From: Centroscyllium fabricii
Lineage: Eukaryota
Reading direction: 5' to 3'
Assembly: GCA_051313645.2 (NCBI GenBank)
Contig: JBNRSN020000001.1
Coordinates: 382,974,001 to 383,038,000 of the forward strand
Length of the DNA stretch: 64,000 nucleotides
This document shows positions 24,500 through 38,058 of the stretch, piece by piece. Numbering within the stretch: the first letter of the stretch is position 1; every line of letters starts with the position of its first letter. The notes beneath the pieces are model-generated. The model was not told the DNA's origin. It ran no database searches and saw nothing but the letters and a program-made list of their open reading frames with translations. Both the position numbers and the translations under genes were made by a program.

Positions 24500-25666
24500 G
24501 TAATACAAGGATTTGGTGGATTTATTCAGTGCCCAAATATAGTTTATTCAGGTACTTAAAGGAGCAAGATAGACTGAGGGAGTACTAATTATTCCCTTTT
24601 GGCTTTGAAAAATAACAATATTTTTGGGAGATATCTCACCTTGTGATCTTACATTCAGATTATGAAGGCCTGCCATTTTAGGTTTCGACAACCTCGCGCC
24701 CCCCTTGATCTGTTCCCAGGTTATGGAGGCAACCGACATGCCTAAAAGGCTTCACTGTTTTTCTTGGAACCGAATACTTCAGACTGACCTAGGGCCAATT
24801 TGGATCTACTTGAAACAGGAAAATAAAACCTCTGGTGTGTGGGCACTGCTACAGATGCAGTCTGCAGTAATTTTTATATGATTTTATGGCTGCAGGAAGG
24901 CCCAGTCCCATTAACATGTTGTTTATGTGTCCAATATATGTATGAACTTTAAAAGCAAACACAAATAACTCTCCTGACCATCATCAAATGCAATGTTGTA
25001 TTGCCCAATAATTCAGTTCACTAACACAAAATGTAACCAAGTACAACCTAAAAACTACCAGGGAGCAAAAATATGAATAGTTTTACAGGGGAAAGAGAGT
25101 AAGAGAATAGACTGGCAGCTAACATAAAAGGGAATTCAAAAGTCTTCCATAGGCATAGAAATAGTGGGGGGAATTTTCATGTCCCCGTCAGGCGGGGTTT
25201 TGGGCGGGCGGGAGATGAAAATGAGAACGTTTTGGTTCCCGCCCAAGCCCGCCCATTCCCCGCCGGATTTGAAATTTTGGGCGGCCTTTTTCCCCCCGCG
25301 AAACTTGTTAAGGTCGTTAAGGGCCCTTAATTGGCATCTGTAATCCCATTTTAAGGGCCCTTTGCAATTTTCAGGTGTTTCACGCACAGAACCCGCCAAG
25401 ATAAACCCCGTCAGGTGAAACCCTTGTGTGAACTCAGTGGGACTGCTGAGTATCTGTGTCCGGTCACTCAATGAAGGCTCACATTTAATCAGCCATCATT
25501 CGCTTCCGCAAACACATTGTTCTCTCAGTCCTGGGGATATTTGCAACAGGCTTCAGCACACCTGTGGAAGGTTGAATCCTCAAACACTTCTGCAGTGTGA
25601 CCTGGGAAAGCCCTCTCACTTCCCCCCTCACTCAGTGCTTCCTCATCCGAGGCTGCCAGCACAGCC

Positions 25667-26941
25667 ATGGGAGCCATTTTCTTCCTTCCCTTCTTGGGAT
25701 TACATGATCTCTACCAGGAGCAGATGCGGCGACAGCAGCAGCCACACCAGGAGCCTGACGCTCCTGCGGATCCTCTGGGGGCAGCATGGGCCAGAAGGCA
25801 TTGGCGCATCCAAGGCCGTCGCCGCAGAAGATACCCCCCAAACAGGGTCTACAGAGTCCGAGCCACCTACCTCAACATCAGTGAGCGGCGGTGCCAAAAG
25901 CGACTCTGACTTTCCCGAGAGGCAGTCACAGACATCTGCGCCATGCTGCAGTAAGAGCTGGAGCCCAGGACACCATGTAGACATGCCTTACCAGTGGCCC
26001 TCAAAGTCAGCACCGCACTCAACTTCTTTGCCTCGGGCTCATTCCAGGGATCAGCAGCCGACATCAGCGGAATCTCCCAGTCGGCCGCACACTCCTGCAT
26101 CACCCAGGTAACCGATGCCCTCTTTGCCCGCGCCCACAATTTCATCCATTTTACCACGGATCGCGCAAGTGTGAGGGCCCGAGCGATTGGAATGGCTCGT
26201 CTGGCAGGCTTCCCAAGGGTACAGGGCATCATTGACTGCACACATGTGGCCCTTAGGGCACCCAATGAGAACCCAGTAGCTTTTCCCAACGGCAAGGGCT
26301 TCCATTCACTCAATGTTCAACTGGTGTGTGACCACAACAAGGAGATTTTGCATGTGTGTGCCAGGTACCCTGGCAGCTGCCATGACTCCTTTGTCCTGCG
26401 CCAATCAACCTTGCCTACGCTCTTCACACCGCCGGACCAGCTTCCGGGGTGGCTACTTGGAGACAAGGGCTATCCCCTCAGGACTTGGCTCATGACGCCG
26501 GTCAGGAGGCCAGCCAATGAGGCTGAGGAGAACTACAACTCCACACACATCCCCACCAGAAGCATTATAGAGCACACCATAGGCTTGCTCAAGATGCGTT
26601 TCAGATGCTTGGACAGATCAGGTGGAGCCCTGCAATACACCCCAGTCAGGGCCTCCAGAATGGTAGTGGTATGCTGTCAACTTCACAACATGACCCAGCG
26701 CCGTGGCTTGCAACCTCCTGACCAAGACCTGCCTCCTCGCATACCGTCTTCAGATGAGGAGGAGGAGGAAGAGGAAGAGGAGGAGGAGGAAGAGGAGGAG
26801 GAGGAGGAGGAAGAGGAGGACGAGGTAGAGGAGGAGGAGGACGGGGTTGCTGCCGCTCGACCCCAGCCAGCGCCACCATTACGCGAGAACGTTGCTGGCC
26901 AGCAAGCAAGGATGGAGCTCATCCTTGCAAGATTTTCCTAG
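25667..26941 (+). pseudogene. Harbinger transposase with two in-frame stops (25907, about 25952) and a C-terminal poly-Glu tract
   Basis: Motifs [51 protein letters not shown]. ORFs 25667-25909 and 25994-26941 are in frame. Confidence 0.92.
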
Positions 26942-27651
26942 ACTACTCAAGCCAGCATGTGCTACTCTCCTCATCCTAACAGCGCATCCTCAATGACACA
27001 CTCTGATCAGTTCCACAGCTCATACCTGCATGAGTCCCACTACTGTAATGACATCTGTGTGGGGCGGGGGGGGGGGGGGGGGTTTGGGGGAGTGTGCTTC
27101 TGGGGCTGCCAAGTGCCTGTGAAGGCTTTCTGCGCTCGCGCATGCACCCACGCCCCTGATGCACCACACATTTCTTTGATGATCATTGTCCCACCCAAAC
27201 ATCCATCCATCCATCACATGCAATAATGAACACAGAAACATTAAAGGTTGCAACTGCAACATGCTGTTTAGTAAAGACATTAAGCAAACATGGCCACATG
27301 CATGGTTGTTCAACTGATGACCAGCACTTATGAACCACTGCATTAATGATGTCCCAGGCATTTCAGCTGCAGACATGCAGGTTGAAATGGTCAAAATGTC
27401 ATTATCAGCAATGCTGCACCTCAGCCAGTCCAGTTTTGAGCTTGCAACTTCATATCCATTGTCAATCATGTTCCCCCCTCTCACGTGCAGCCTCTCCCTT
27501 TTCAAGAGTGACACATTCTGACAAACCAGGGCAGCGCACCCGCACATGAGGCAGGAGCTGTGGAGGGCGGTGAGGGTCAATGTCTGGTGTTTCTTCACCC
27601 ACCTGATCTTGTTTGCTGTGTGAAAGCTGAGGCATGCTGGCACCATGGCTC

Positions 27652-30600
27652 TGTAACCTTCAATTACGTTCTCGGAGTCGAGTAGTAGATTAGAACAATC
27701 AGGCTTTTATTCACTACAGTTAGATTACACACCAGCAAGCTGACTGTCCCCATAAAATGGCATGGGGGATGGGGGCAGTCACTTATATACCTCCTCCAGC
27801 GGGGGAGGAGTCGTGGGCGGAGCCGGGTATGTTCCAGGTATCATCTCGCAGTGGAATACAGTACAGGTATAGGTTACATGGTGATACATGGTGATTAGCT
27901 ATATACAGTGATATACACGTTTATCACATTCACCCCTTCTTTAAAACGAAAGTACAGCGGGGTGAAAAAGACTAATAATTACAAGAATGATCACAGGGAA
28001 AAAAATATATTACAAACAGGGTTCTTATGACTACAGGTTTAGTATATCAGGCGGTTTCGTTGTCCGCGTTGATCTTCGCACCGCTGGTGGTGCCTGTGGT
28101 GTTCGTGGTTGTGGAGCGGCTGGTTGTGTCGGTTGCTCCATTGATGACGGTCGACTAGTGGTGGTTGTTGTATTATTTCTGGGTGGCAGTGGTGCCCTTA
28201 TTCTGACAGCAGGGGGCACGTTCTCTCCTTCGTCCTCTGACTCTAGGGGGCGCGCGTTGTGGATCCAAGCTTGGGGCCCGGTCGTGCTGCTCGCAGGTGC
28301 CTTGTGGACATACTGGGGTACTGGGCCCACGTGTCGGGGCGCGTACTTCGGCTTCGGCAGCATGGGGAGCATCACAGGACGTTTTGGGTGCGCGGCCTGC
28401 TGGGCGGGGCTTCTTTGGAGCTCGGGCTGCCTGGCGGGGCTGGGTTGTGGGACTCCTGCTGGGGCTAGGTCCTTTATGGACACGGTGTCCTCCCTCCCGT
28501 CGGGGAACGCTATGTAAGCGTACTGGGGATTGGCGTGCAGGAGGTGGACCCGTTCGACTAGGGGGTCTGCCTTGTGTCCCCTCACATGCTTCCGAAGCAG
28601 GACCGGTCCCGGAGATAGTAGCCACGATGGTAGCGAGGTCCCGGAAGCTGACTTCCTGGGGAAGGCAAAAAGTCTTTCGTGAGGGGTGGCATTGGTGGCA
28701 GTACACAGGAGGGACCGGATAGAGTGGAGTGCTTCAGGGAGAACGTACTGCCATCGGGTGACTGGGAGGTCTTTAGACCGTAGGGCTAACTGGATGGCTT
28801 TCCAGACCGTGGCGTTCTCCCTCTCTACCTGTCCGTTCCCCCGGGGGTTGTAGCTGGTAGTCCTGCTAGTCGCGATGCCTTTCGCTAGCAGGAACTGGCG
28901 CAGCTCGTCGCTCATAAAAGAGGCCCCCCGGTCACTATGGATATAGTTGGGGTACCCGAACAGGGAGAAGATGCTACTGAGAGCCTTGATGACGGTGGCG
29001 GAGGTCATGTCCTGGCAGGGGATGGCGAAGGGGAAGCGGGAGTACTCGTCGATGACGTTGAGGAAGTACACATTTCTATTGGATGAGGGAAGGGGCCCTT
29101 TGAAATCGACACTGAGTCGTTCAAAGGGGCGAGTGGCCTTGATCAAGTGCGCCCGGTCTGGCCGGTAAAAGTGCGGCTTGCACTCCGCGCAGACCTGGCA
29201 GTTGCTGGTCATGGTCTTGACCTCCTCGATAGAGTAGGGGAGGTTGCGGGACTTCACAAAGTGAACCAACCTGGTGACCCCCGGGTGGCAGAGGTCATTG
29301 TGAAGGGTTTGGAGACGGTCAGCCTGTGCGCTGGCACAGGTACCGCGGGATAGGGCGTCTGGGGGTTCGTTAAATATCCCGGGCCGGTACAAGATATCAT
29401 AATTGAACGCTGATAGTTAAATTCTCCACCTCAATATCTTGTCGTTCTTGATTTTACCCCGTTCCTTGTTATTAAACATGAATGCGACTGATCGTTGGTC
29501 AGTCAGTAGGGTAAAACGTTTGCCGGCCAGGTAGTGCTTCCAGTGCCGCACTGCTTCAACAATGGCCTGGGCCTCCTTTTCAACTGAGGAATGGCGGGTT
29601 TCGGGGCCTTGGAGGGTACGTGAAAAGAAGGCCACGGGTCTGCCCGCCTGGTTACGGGTGGCGGCCAGGACAAAGTCCGATGCATCGCTCTCTACCTGAA
29701 ATGGGACGGACTCATCCACAGCGTGCATCGTGGCTTTGGCAATATCGTTTTTAATTCTGCAGAATGCCGAGTTGGCTTCTGCAGAAAGTGGAAAAGAGGT
29801 CGATTTAAGTAGTGGGCGAGCTTTGTCCGCATAATTGGGGACCCACTGGGCATAATACGCGAAAAATCCCAAACACCGTTTAAGGGCTTTGGGGGAGTGG
29901 GGGAGGGGAAGCTCCATGAGGGGGCGCATGCGGTCCGGGTCTGGACCGATGACTCCATTCTCCACCACGCTGCCGAGGATGGCCAGGCGGGTGGTGCTAA
30001 ACACACATTTCTCCTTATTGTATGTTAAGTTCAGGGTTTTGGCCGTGTGGAGAAATGTTTGGAGGTTGGCGTTATGGTCCTGCTGATCATGGCCGCAGAT
30101 GGTCACATTATCAAGATACGGGAAAGTGGCTCGCAGCCCGTACCGATCAACCATTCGGTCCATCTCCCTCTGGAAGACCGAGACCCCGTTCGTGACGCCA
30201 AACGGAACCCTAAGGAAGTGGTAGAGGCGACCGTCAGCCTCGAAGGCTGTATAAGGACGGTCCTCTGGGCGGATGGGGAGCTGGTGATAAGCCGATTTGA
30301 GATCAATCGTGGAGTACACTTTAAACTGGGCGATTTGGTTCACCATGTCCGCTATCCGGGGGAGGGGGTAGGCATCTAGTTGGGTGAACCGGTTTATGGT
30401 CTGGCTGTAGTCCACCACCATTCTATTCTTCTCCCCGGTTTTCACTACTACTACCTGCACTCTCCAAGGGCTATTACTGGCCTCTATGACCCCCTCTTTT
30501 AGGAGGCGCTGCACCTCAGATTTTATAAAAACCATGTCCCCAGCACTGTAGCGCCTACTTTTGGTGGCGACGGGCTTACAGTCTGGGGTGAGGTTGGCAA

Positions 30601-32317
30601 AGAGAGATGGAGGGGCAACCTTAAGGGTTGAGAGGCCACAGGTAGTGTACTGGGGGTACCGCCTTGAGCCACGGTTTCTGACCGTGAGTGAGGGAAGGGA
30701 TCCGCCGAATGCCATCGTAACGCTCTGAAGGTGGCACTGAAAATCCAGTCCCAGGAGTAGGGGGGCGCAGAGCTGCGGCAGCACGTAAAAACTAAAGTCG
30801 TTAAACATTGCGCCCTGTACATTAAGCGTTACAATACAGCGCCCGGTGACGTCAGCGGATTCCGACTTGGACGCCATCGATATTCTCTGGCGCGCAGGGA
30901 TTACTCTAAGGAAGAGGCGCTTTACAGTATTTTGGTGAATAAAACTTACTGTGCTCCCACTGTCGAACAGGCACACCACCTCTTCCCCGTTGACTTCCAC
31001 CGGCATCATCGATTTCTCCAGTGGTTGAATCTTCCTCTGGTCTAGGCTCATGGATGCTAACACCGGGTCCTCCGAGTTGTCTTGATCCGGAGAGTAGTCC
31101 GCCAAGTCTGCTCCCCAAGATGGCTGCCGCCATGTGTTGTGCTGTGGAGGTGGAGGCTGAGTCCAAGATGGCCACTGTTGCTGCTGCTGCCACAAGGGTT
31201 GCTGAGTGGGGGATGGGTGAGCCCAATATGGCTGCTCCCCTGTTCCACACGCGGCGCTGCCCAGTTTGGATTTTGCGCTAGTGTTTTTACAGACCTTCGC
31301 ATAATGTCCCTTCTTGTCGCATTTTGAGCAGGTCGCTTCTCTAGCAGGGCAGCTGTGTCTTGAGTGCTGAGGTTGTCCACAAAAGTAGCATTTAGCTTTA
31401 GCGTGGGCAGCTGTGAGTAATTCTTCTGCCGGTCGTTGCGCCAGCGCTGTCCAAGATTGCGGGGCTGGGCCCGTATAGTTACTTGAATATGAGGATAGGT
31501 CCATTGATGCGCTATCCAGTGCGTGCCCCAAGTCTGTAGTCGCCTGTAAGTCCTGGCCGTTCTGCTCCAGCAGTCTCTGCCTGGCATAGTCCGATTTTAG
31601 GCCTGTTACATAGGCGTCTCGGATGAGGCTCTCTACATGGACTTGAGCCGTTTGCGCTCTGCAGTCACAGTCCTGTGCCAGAATTCTGAGGGCTCTTAGG
31701 AACTGCACACTTGACTCGTTATTTTGTTGCTTCCTGGTGGCGAGTATATGTCTCGCGTGGACTATGTTTGGTGCCCGATTATATTCCGTCTCGAGGATCC
31801 TGATGGCCTCTTGGAACGATGGGGCGTCCACTATCATCGAGTACACTTGAGGGCCCACCCGGCCGTGGAGGAGTCGCCGTTTTTGCTCCTCGGTCACTAT
31901 GACCGCCGCGTTGGCTGTGATGTACCCTTCGAGCACGTTTCACCAGTGTGAGAAGGCGTTCGATGCTCCTGAAGATCGGGGATCAACTTCGAACACTGCT
32001 GGTTTAAGCATTGTGGTATCCATTTTACAGTAGTGAATAAAATTGTAACCTTCAATTACATTCTCGGAGTCGAGTAGTAGATTAGAACAATCAGGCTTTT
32101 ATTCACTAGTTAGATTACACACCAGCAAGCTGACTGTCACCTGGAATGGCATGGGGGATGGGGGCAGTCACTTATATACCTCCTCCAGCGGGGGAGGAGT
32201 CGTGGGCGGAGCCGGGTATGTTCCAGGTATCATCTCGCAGTGGAATACAGTACAGGTATAGGTTACATGGTGATACATGGTGATTAGCTATATACAGTGA
32301 TATACACGTTTATCACA
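27652..32317 (-). mobile_element. Full-length Gypsy element A (double-knuckle lineage, no tRNA PBS)
   Basis: LTRs 27652-27928 and 32044-32317, 5-bp TSD GGCTC, PPT gaaggggtgaa. The empty site is visible in Harbinger copy 2 at about 62224. Confidence 0.96.
28031..32023 (-). pseudogene. gag-pol: Single-frame gag-pol with two nonsense codons (about 31940, 29417)
   Basis: Two CCHC knuckles (CYFCGQPQHSRHSC, CSKCDKKGHYAKVC), protease LFDSGS, RT YLDN, RNase H SDASD, integrase HPG..CQVC, SDRG and GNGQVERE. Confidence 0.93.
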
Positions 32318-32879
32318 GGCTCCTTGGCCATTCCATCAGGATCAGGTGCTGTGAGGGGCCACTTGCAGCCAGATGATGTTGGATGCGTGGGTACTTTGGC
32401 CAGTTGGCCCATCTTTTCTTTGCCCACCTCCATCCTTTTAAAGTTTTGTTCCTGTTAAAGTTCGGCCCTGAGGCGTGTTTGCAGGTGTAGCAAAAACATC
32501 AGGTGGTTTGTTCAGTTAACCTGGTCATCCTTTGGACCACACATCGGTCATACAGTCCCTCTGTTCGCTGGTGTGTGTCACCATGAAGGTAGACCGGTTT
32601 CAAGGACCTTCACCGTTAACCATTGAGCTGCAGTCTGTTATTGAACCTCATTCGTCTTGCTGTAAGTCCTTCTGCCATATTCCGTCTGCATCCTTGCATA
32701 TCTGTGAGGCCTGCCCGATTGCTGTCCAGCCTGCATAAGGTTTCAATGTGGAAGGGCCATTCGCAAGATGTCAGACATGACAACTGCATCAGGTGACACC
32801 TGCAGTGGTCTGCTGTCTGACCACTGCTTTGGACACCTAACTGACTGTTACACTAACACCCAAGTGACTCCCGTTGTGC

Positions 32880-34915
32880 CTAAGGGTGCTTAAGTTTTCT
32901 TTTGCGAGTGCTCCTATGTGGTGCTATCCCTGTGGTGTCAGCAGATGTGGAGGCCCCCTGCTGAGAGCCCTGCTGCTCCTGTCTGGACAACTTTGGCGGT
33001 CGTCCTCTGGGGCGGCGAGCCTGTTGGGGGTCGCTACCAGTCTGCTGCTCCTGCGGCTGGGCAGGGTATGAGACTTCCATCTCAGGTGCATGGGGACGCC
33101 GGCGGGCCTCTGACCGAGGGCTCTGCAGTGGTGTGGACGTGGGAGCACTTGGAGAGGAGCCCCCACTTCCTTCAGCTGCACCACCAACCTCACTCTCATG
33201 GGTCACCTCCCCCTCAGCGCCAGCAAGTGGCTGGACAGCACCTTGCTGCACTTCAGGGGGGCCATGGGGACCCGTTTCTGCAGTGGAAGTCCTACTGAGA
33301 GGGACTTCCACAAAGGTCTGGGTCCTCTGCTCAATAGATGCCACTCGCTGCTCAAGAGATGTGTCCATGTCTCATGGACAGTGCCCATCCTATCTTCTAT
33401 GTCTATGTCTATGTCTTCGAAAGACTGGCGACTTATGTGCTCGATGGCCGTGGCCATCCTCTCCTCCACGGTCGCTATCCTTTACATGGTGGTCACCATC
33501 CTTTCCATGGTGGTTGCCATCCTTTCCATGGTGATGCGATCATGCGCCACTGACTCCGCAAGGTCGCTTCTCATGCTTGCGACAGACTCCTCCATTCGCA
33601 TGACACTCGCAGCTGCCTGGGAGACAAAACCTGTCAGAGACGCCTGCATCTGTGTCTGGAGTCCCATCATGTGTCCTCTGCCTGATGGATCCAAAGGCAC
33701 TGTGTCGACATGCAGCTCAGCTAAGCTGGCAGAGTTCTGCGACCTCCGACTAGGACTCTGCACTGCTGTCCCTGTCTCCACAATCTGCTGAGGCTCACTA
33801 GTGCTGTCTGAATCACCCGGTGACAAGTCATATGTAGCTCTAGGGGGTCCCACCGAGGTGCTAGTATCTGCGCTGGTGCCGGGTGCGGTCTGTGGTGCTG
33901 ATGGTGCACCCTCAGAGGTGGCAGGTTCCTCTGAGGACTGGACAGGGGCGGCCTGGTGCTCATTTCTGGTTGGCCGTCCAGCTGCGGCTGGGCCTGTGGG
34001 GCAGTAAAGTCAGAGGTTAGAGATATGTCAGCAAGGTTACATAGAGATAGCATTCAGGAGCTGAGCAGAGCTGCCTCTGCAGTGCTTTTACATTCATTGT
34101 GCCAGTCTCATGGGTTACTTGTTAGAGAAATAATTAAACCATGCTGTCACCAGCTCGAGATTGCATGCCTGCCTCGCCATCACCCACTCCCAGGGCTTGC
34201 CCCTCCCCAACGAGGTCTAGCACTGCCTCCTCCCAGGTGGTGAGCTGCTGGATGGTGGGGGGTCCTCCTCCGGTCCCGGCGCTGTGCCGCTTGTTGGCGG
34301 CTGTCTTTTCCTGCAATGAGGGAGAGAAGTGGAGGTTGAGTGAGAAGGAAGGAGTTGGTGCAGCGAGGGACCAGCAAAGTTTGTTGTAGGGTGACAAAGA
34401 TGCAGTGAGCCTGCAAGACCAAAGGCTCTCCCTGTGGTGCCAGATGTGCAGCAAGCATGAGAGTGAGAGGGAGTGTGAGGGCTGAATGGAGGGAAAGGAC
34501 CGTGAGTGTGAGCATAGATAGAGAGGGAATGGGTAAGGTTGCTTGGATGTGATGGGGAAGTGGGATGTGGAGGAAGGGAGTGGTGAAGATAAGTTGTGGT
34601 GAGGAGAGGTGAGGGGGATGAGATTGAGGGTGAGGGGAAATGAATACTTACTCTCGCAGTGCGATGAAGGTCATGCAATCTCTTGCGACACTGCAGCCAG
34701 GACCGGGGTGGTGTGCCCCAAGAGCTGACCCCCTCAGCCACCTACTACCATGCAGCCTTAGTCTGTGAGAGAGGTCTCTTCCTCCCTGAGGAGGGGAAGA
34801 GAACCTCCCTATGGGTAGTTGCCCCCTCGAGCAATGCGTCGAGGGAGGCATCATCAAATTTGGGGGCGGGTCGTCCCCTCGCGCTGCCCGATGCAGCACC
34901 CTCACGCTCTGCCAT
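32880..34915 (-). pseudogene. Harbinger Myb/SANT-like DNA-binding protein, 3 exons (34915-34652, 34310-34151, 33993-32880), with stops and a frameshift
   Basis: RAPKF/W..VA...RSWLQCRKRLHDL-type SANT motif. GT-AG introns give consistent phases (0, 1). Heptad repeats, AT-hook RPRGRPPK, basic tail RKRKLK. Confidence 0.85.
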
Positions 34916-35185
34916 CCTGATGAAGGTTGTAGAGCGCTGAGCAGCATGGGAGGCGAGCTGTGTTTATTCAAGGAAACCCGAATCCTGACGTCATATTGTG
35001 CGACTTTCTGATTGGAAATCGGTGATTGGGAAGGCTTCCCACAAGCGGGGAATTAATTGGGTCGTTATACGAAAATCTCGTGGGAAACGCAGGCACTTAA
35101 TCGGGCGGGACAAAAACCCGCCCCGACCAATCCCCGCCAGTTCCCCGCCATTAGGGCAAAATTCCGGCCAGTATATGTGTAGTAG

Positions 35186-36345
35186 GAGGGTTAGAGCCAA
35201 TTAGGGACCAAAAAGGAGACCTGTGCATGGAGGCAGAGGGCATGGCTGAGGTACCAAATGAGAACTTTGCATCTGTCTTTACTGAGGAAGAAGATGCTGC
35301 AAAGTCATAGTGAAAGAGGAGGTAGTTGAGATACTGGATAGGATAAAAATTAATAAAGAGGAGGTACTAGAAAGGCTGTCTGTACTTAAAGTAAATAAGT
35401 CACCAGCACCAAATGTAATGCATCCTAGGTTTCTGAAGAAGTAAAAGTGGAAATTGCAGAGGCTTTGGCCATAATCTTCCAATCCTCCTTAGATATGGGG
35501 TGGGGCCAGAGGATTGGAGGATTGTAAATGTTGCAACCTTTTTTGAACAAGGGTGTAAGGATAAACCCAGCAACTACAGGCCAGTCAGTTTAACTTTGGT
35601 AATGGGGAAGCTTTTAGAAATGATAATCCGGGACAAAATTAACAGTCACTTGGACAAGTGTGAATTAATTAAGGAAAGCCAACATGGATTTGTTAAAGGC
35701 AAATCATGTTTAACTATTGACTGAGTTTTTTGATAAAGTAACAGAGAGGGTTGATGAGGGTAATGCGGTTGATGTAATGTACGTGGACTTCCAAAAGGCA
35801 TTTGATGAAGTGCCATATAACAGGCTTGCCAACAAAGTTGAAGCCCATGGAATAAAAGGGACAGTGGCAGCATGCATAGAAATAGGCTAAGTGACAGGAA
35901 ACAGAAAGTAGTGGTGAACGGTTGTTTATCGGACTGGAGGAAGGTACACAGTGGGGTTCCCCAGGGATCAGCACTAGGACCACTGCTTTTCTTGATTATA
36001 TATTAATGACTTGGACTTGAGTGTACAGTGCACAAGTTCAAAATTTGCAGATGACACAAAACTTGGAAGTATAGTGAACAGTGATGAGGATAGTGATAGA
36101 CTTTAAGAGGACATAGACAGGCTGGTGGAATGGGCGGACATGTGGCAGATGAAATTTAATGCAGAAAAGTGTGAAGTGATACATTTGGTAGGAAGAATGA
36201 GGAGACGCAATATAAACTAAAGGGTACAATCCTAAAGGGTGCATGAACAGAGAGACCTGGGGTTATATATTGACGGTGGCAAGGCAGGTTGAGAAAGTGA
36301 TTAACAAAGCATACGGGATCTTGAGCTTCATAACTAGAGGTATAG
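35186..36345 (+). mobile_element. CR1 LINE ORF2 (RT) fragment; the tail probably resumes at about 37776-37850
   Basis: NYRPVSLT, QHGFVKGKSCLT, GVPQGS, KFADDTK motifs, with frameshifts. Confidence 0.88.
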
Positions 36346-36960
36346 GGGGTGATTTTCATTGCGATGGAGGTGAAACTACAACTTTTGGGCTTGTAGTCCC
36401 GCCTCCATCGAGATGTGGCCAATCCACATGATTTTAACTTGATTGACCTTGTTGAGCCCACCCAGCGGGCTCAGCAGGCCAATTAAGGGCCACCCGGCAA
36501 CAGGTGAGGTCACAGACTGAAATTTCATCTGTCAAGATGTCTTGACAGATGAAATACCAGTGTTGCACAGCTGTTTGAAGCTGTCAAACACTGACAGTCT
36601 TACTTCTAACCTGAGCCATTCTACACAGACTCAGTTAGAAATCTCACCAGCACAGAAAGCTGCAAGCTGTCACTTTTGACAGTTCGCAGCCATTCTGCTT
36701 TCTGTGCCGGTTAGATGAGGCATTCCCGAAGCCTAAAGGAAGGAAGGCTGAAAGGTAAGAAAAGGTATATTAAACTTCTTTAATCACTTCAGACACACCA
36801 CACACACTTACCTTTGCACTCCTGCACACATCACTCACCTGAACACTGACATCTTGACCCCTCCAAGTCCTTCAACCCGACGGCCCGACTCCTCTAACTT
36901 GGCGTGGTTTCAACATTTAAAATAGAGATTAGGCTAAAAACTGCCTGTTATAGAGTCACA

Positions 36961-37725
36961 GGGCATGAAATTGGCACTCTAGCACCGGCCCATTAGCGCC
37001 CGAAAATGGACGCAATAGGTTTTAGCGCTGGGCGCTAAAAATTTTGCACCGCGCCCAAAATTCGCCAAGCGAACGCCAAGGTGCTAACTGTTAGCGCCCG
37101 CTGATGGGCGCACATGAATCAGTGCAGATATCCTGGTGCAACGCCCGCCCCCAGGGCTGCACCCGAAATTGACGAGCGGCCACCTAACGGACGCGCAGCG
37201 CTGCCTGCGTCAGCTTTCACGAACGCAGCTGAGGCGCTGTGGGGCCGCTGGGGCATTCTTTAAAGGGAGACACTGCCTCCCTTTCATGCGGTGGCTATTT
37301 TGTGGGAGATCGGAGACAGACAGAGGGAGGTTAGGAGAGATACGAAGAGAGAGACAGCGGGTGGTGAGGGGAGATCAGAGACAGAGAGAGGGAGGAGAGG
37401 AGAGATACAGAGAGAAAGAGAGAGAGGCAGGTGAGGAGAGATACAAAGAGAGACAGAGGGAGGTGAGGGGAGATACAGAGAGAAAGAGAGGGCGATGAGG
37501 AGAGATACAGAGAGAAAGAGAGGGAGGTGAGGAGAGATACAGAGAGAAAGAGAGAGAGGCAGGTGAGGAGAGATACAGAGAGAGACAGAGGGAGGTGAGG
37601 AGACATCATATGCTGTATCCCCTCCCCCTTTAAGAGCTGACCGGCGCCAGCGTTGCTGGGAAGGCCAGGAGTGGCAGATGGAGTGCTGCGCCCGCGCTCA
37701 CCACTTAGCGCCTGAATATTGGCCG
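36961..37725. mobile_element. Harbinger-type non-autonomous element containing a GA-rich minisatellite (37310-37603)
   Basis: GGGCATGAAATT-like terminus, repeated (T)AGCGCC motifs, about 26-30 bp units of gaggtgaggagagatacagagagaaagagag. Confidence 0.5.
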
Positions 37726-38058
37726 TCTGCACCCGTGCAATGCTTGATTTAGTGCTGCAATCTGATTAGCTGAAGTGCTCTTGCAGAGAGCTGGCATGGG
37801 CTCGACAGGCCGAATGGCCTCCTTCTGTGCTGTAACTATTCTATAGCTTTATGAGTTAAAATGGGGTAAATTCTTATGATTGCTACATTCATTTATTTTC
37901 AATGGTGTTCCACCACATAAGATTCTTAAACGTTTATCTTTAAATATTGATTAAAACTGCTGGAATTTTGTAGGTGTGGAAGTTTTGAAAGGGATGCATT
38001 GGTGCTGTTGCCTCATTAATAGATACAATTTAAACCAGACCACCAATATCTGTAAGTA

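Larger units (their letters stand above)
25166..35169. mobile_element. Two-gene PIF/Harbinger transposon (about 5.3 kb native) with convergent transposase and Myb/SANT genes, interrupted by a Gypsy element
   Basis: Short TIRs GGGGGGAATTTT and AAAATTCCGGCC, 3-bp TSD AGT (25163-25165, 35170-35172). A second copy starts at 59200. Confidence 0.85.

Noticed and set aside
24668-24790. Possible minus-strand host exon (VSLKYSVPRKTVKPFRHVGCLHNLG...)
   Set aside because: Weak splice acceptor, no recognisable homology and no partner exons.
37136-37732. ORFs rich in R/E or S/L
   Set aside because: Translation artefacts of the GA-rich minisatellite.
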